A stretch of DNA of 64,000 nt, taken from positions 561,625 through 625,624 of the forward strand of contig NMRA01000081.1 of the NCBI GenBank assembly GCA_002633005.1. The letters are read 5' to 3'. The stretch is from Phoronis australis. Its lineage: Eukaryota > Animalia > Phoronida. Shown here piece after piece: positions 62,121 to 64,000 of the stretch; positions within the stretch are counted from its first letter, which is position 1; each line of letters opens with the position of its first letter. The translations under genes and the position numbers were made by a program. A model generated the notes under the pieces. It was given only the letters and a program-made list of their open reading frames with translations, ran no database searches and had not been told where the DNA came from.

Positions 62121-62625
62121 GAGTGCTGTCTGAAATTCACCTCTTGACTTCATTTATTTTAGGAGGGTCTCAGACTTATTAACGTCAGTCGCAGAATAAA
62201 TGCATGTTGCACTCATCTCAGAAGTGTAAAACAAGACTATTTGATCATTCTGTAGAGTTTCTGATCTTTCTTAGCACTAAGAGAAGAATCGATTGAAGCA
62301 CAAATTTGGAAGAATGGCTGATAAAATACAATTAATTATATTTCATTTTTCCAATGCTATTTAATTAAAGTTTTGTATGTGATACATCAAAACAAATCAT
62401 TACCTTTGTTCCGGGTTCCAACAAATTCCGCAGCCGCGGGTTCTTTCATTATTTTACAATAATCGTGGAAAAATAATAGGTGTCAGCAGAGAGGTCTTCA
62501 ACAAGCATGAGTGAAACTCGCAGAATTAGTCATTATATAGACTCAGTGTTATCTGGTCGTAAACATCAGTGAACACGAAATCTAGAAATTTCCAGTTCCT
62601 TAGCCAACACTTACATGCACTGTAC

Positions 62626-62771
62626 CATGGGCGGCGCACCATAGGGGGGTGGGGGGACTATGGCCCCCACATTTTTCAGTGCTAGGCCGCACATGGTCTA
62701 TAGGGGGTGCACCACAGGGGGGGCTGAGAGGGCTTTAGCCCCCCACTTTTTTCAATGCTGTGCCGCCCATG
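62626..62771. mobile_element. CA..TG MITE with 5-bp TSD
   Basis: TGTAC|CATGGGCGGC...GCCGCCCATG|TGTAC. Confidence 0.85.
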
Positions 62772-64000
62772 TGTACGCGCAATGGACGGCTTCAAATTTG
62801 TTTAAATTTCTGTTGGCTGTAACTGAAAGAAATCTCCAATGACTTCAAAATAGTTGTGGAAACTTTCATGCTTAAACTGCCTGAAATTTTGTAAAATCTC
62901 GTTTAGTTTCAATTCCAATCATTCCCAAACCTATTAAAGATAGGTATTCAGTAACCATCTAAGACAATAAATCGATCTGGGTCTTATACGCGAGTACTAG
63001 GATGTTTGAACTGGTCAAAATTAATCAGGCGACGATGTCTTGTTTTGAAAACGAGGAATTGTTGCAGAATTTCATAAATTTGAATCAATTTTGTTGTGGG
63101 AGGTACTTTCACGGTATACGAACGATAGTTGGGCAGTTGGTTCCTTACCGCGATTCGATTTATCATCACTGTATATTGCTTTTCTACTTGCTCGCTCAGG
63201 TGTTTTCTTTTTGGAGAAATAAGCAACCACACCGACACAATTTCTGTAAAAACCCACGGATCAGAACCAACTAGGATTTTAAACTTATCTTGGAGATATT
63301 TTCCCGTGTTAAGTACTGTTCCCATATCATGAGTGCACTAACTATCCACAGCAAAAGACTTAAATGTTCCAGCAAAAGGCTCGTATCCTGTTTTTGCTCA
63401 AACACGAATGAGTTCAAGAGACAATAGGGCATTTGCGTAATTGAAATGAACGTAGAAGCATGACACAGGTCTTCTGATGGACCGTCTACGTCACATTCTA
63501 TTGTTTCACGGATAATATTATTCACGGGAACAGTAATTGATATCGAAACAATGAATCTCATCTCAAAAAGAGCAGTTGGTTGCGGTCTTTTTCCCGACTC
63601 ATTTTGTGACCTGCGCTCAACGACTAAACAGCGCCTCTTGCATCAATTTCAGCCAAAGTCTTGTATTTTTTGAAAAGCACACAAAGGGACGTAATCAAGA
63701 GCTTGAAACGCCATGGTTTGCCAAGCGATGATTGAAAAACTTCCAGGTGGATTTTTTCTTGAAAAGAACAATTAAAAAGCGCACAACACACGTGACTTTA
63801 TCAAAAGACCAGAACCATGCTTTTCTGCCTTACCATGCATCTGTATTTTTTCAAAACACTACATCAAAAAACGATAAAACCTCTTTTCAAGTGTACGGAA
63901 GTGTATGTAACACCCCTTTGTACCTGCCAAGCAGACACCCTGTGACGCTTCAAAGTGCATTCAGATTCTTGTCCCGGGGACTAGATTTCTCACCCAGATG

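Noticed and set aside
63271-63561. Polinton/A32-type packaging ATPase or P-element transposase
   Set aside because: Only a vague resemblance (HASTFISITQMPY); no Walker A/B or DDE motifs could be recovered by eye.

Overview
AT-rich, intron-rich animal genomic DNA, most likely from a marine invertebrate (the repeat types suggest a lophotrochozoan; this is inference). One large minus-strand gene dominates the window: an SVEP1/polydom-like extracellular protein. I could chain 25 coding exons with canonical GT-AG junctions and consistent phase from the ATG at 53721 to the left edge (about 5.9 kb CDS, about 1970 aa, C-terminus outside the window). Domain order: signal peptide, VWA (intact MIDAS), Cys-rich/EGF-like, GCC2/ephrin-receptor-like, 3 sushi, 2 HYR, sushi, polybasic furin-type linker, 3 GCC2-type exons, 6 EGF, pentraxin, 7 EGF, S/T-rich linker, EGF, probable SEA-like domain. 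The long sushi tail of vertebrate SVEP1 is not seen after the pentraxin domain. The introns hold many mobile elements. These include a decayed Kolobok transposon with a THAP-transposase remnant converging on a KolX (P2X7 'ballast'-like) gene, a second non-autonomous Kolobok-type element, and a Tc2/pogo-type element. There are also two Helentron/HINE-like elements carrying co-oriented CTCF-like motifs, five CA..TG MITEs with 5-bp TSDs, Penelope and CR1/L2 fragments, and many minisatellites. An unidentified decayed coding-like region occupies the last 3 kb. I found no prokaryotic features, CRISPR arrays or rRNA genes.
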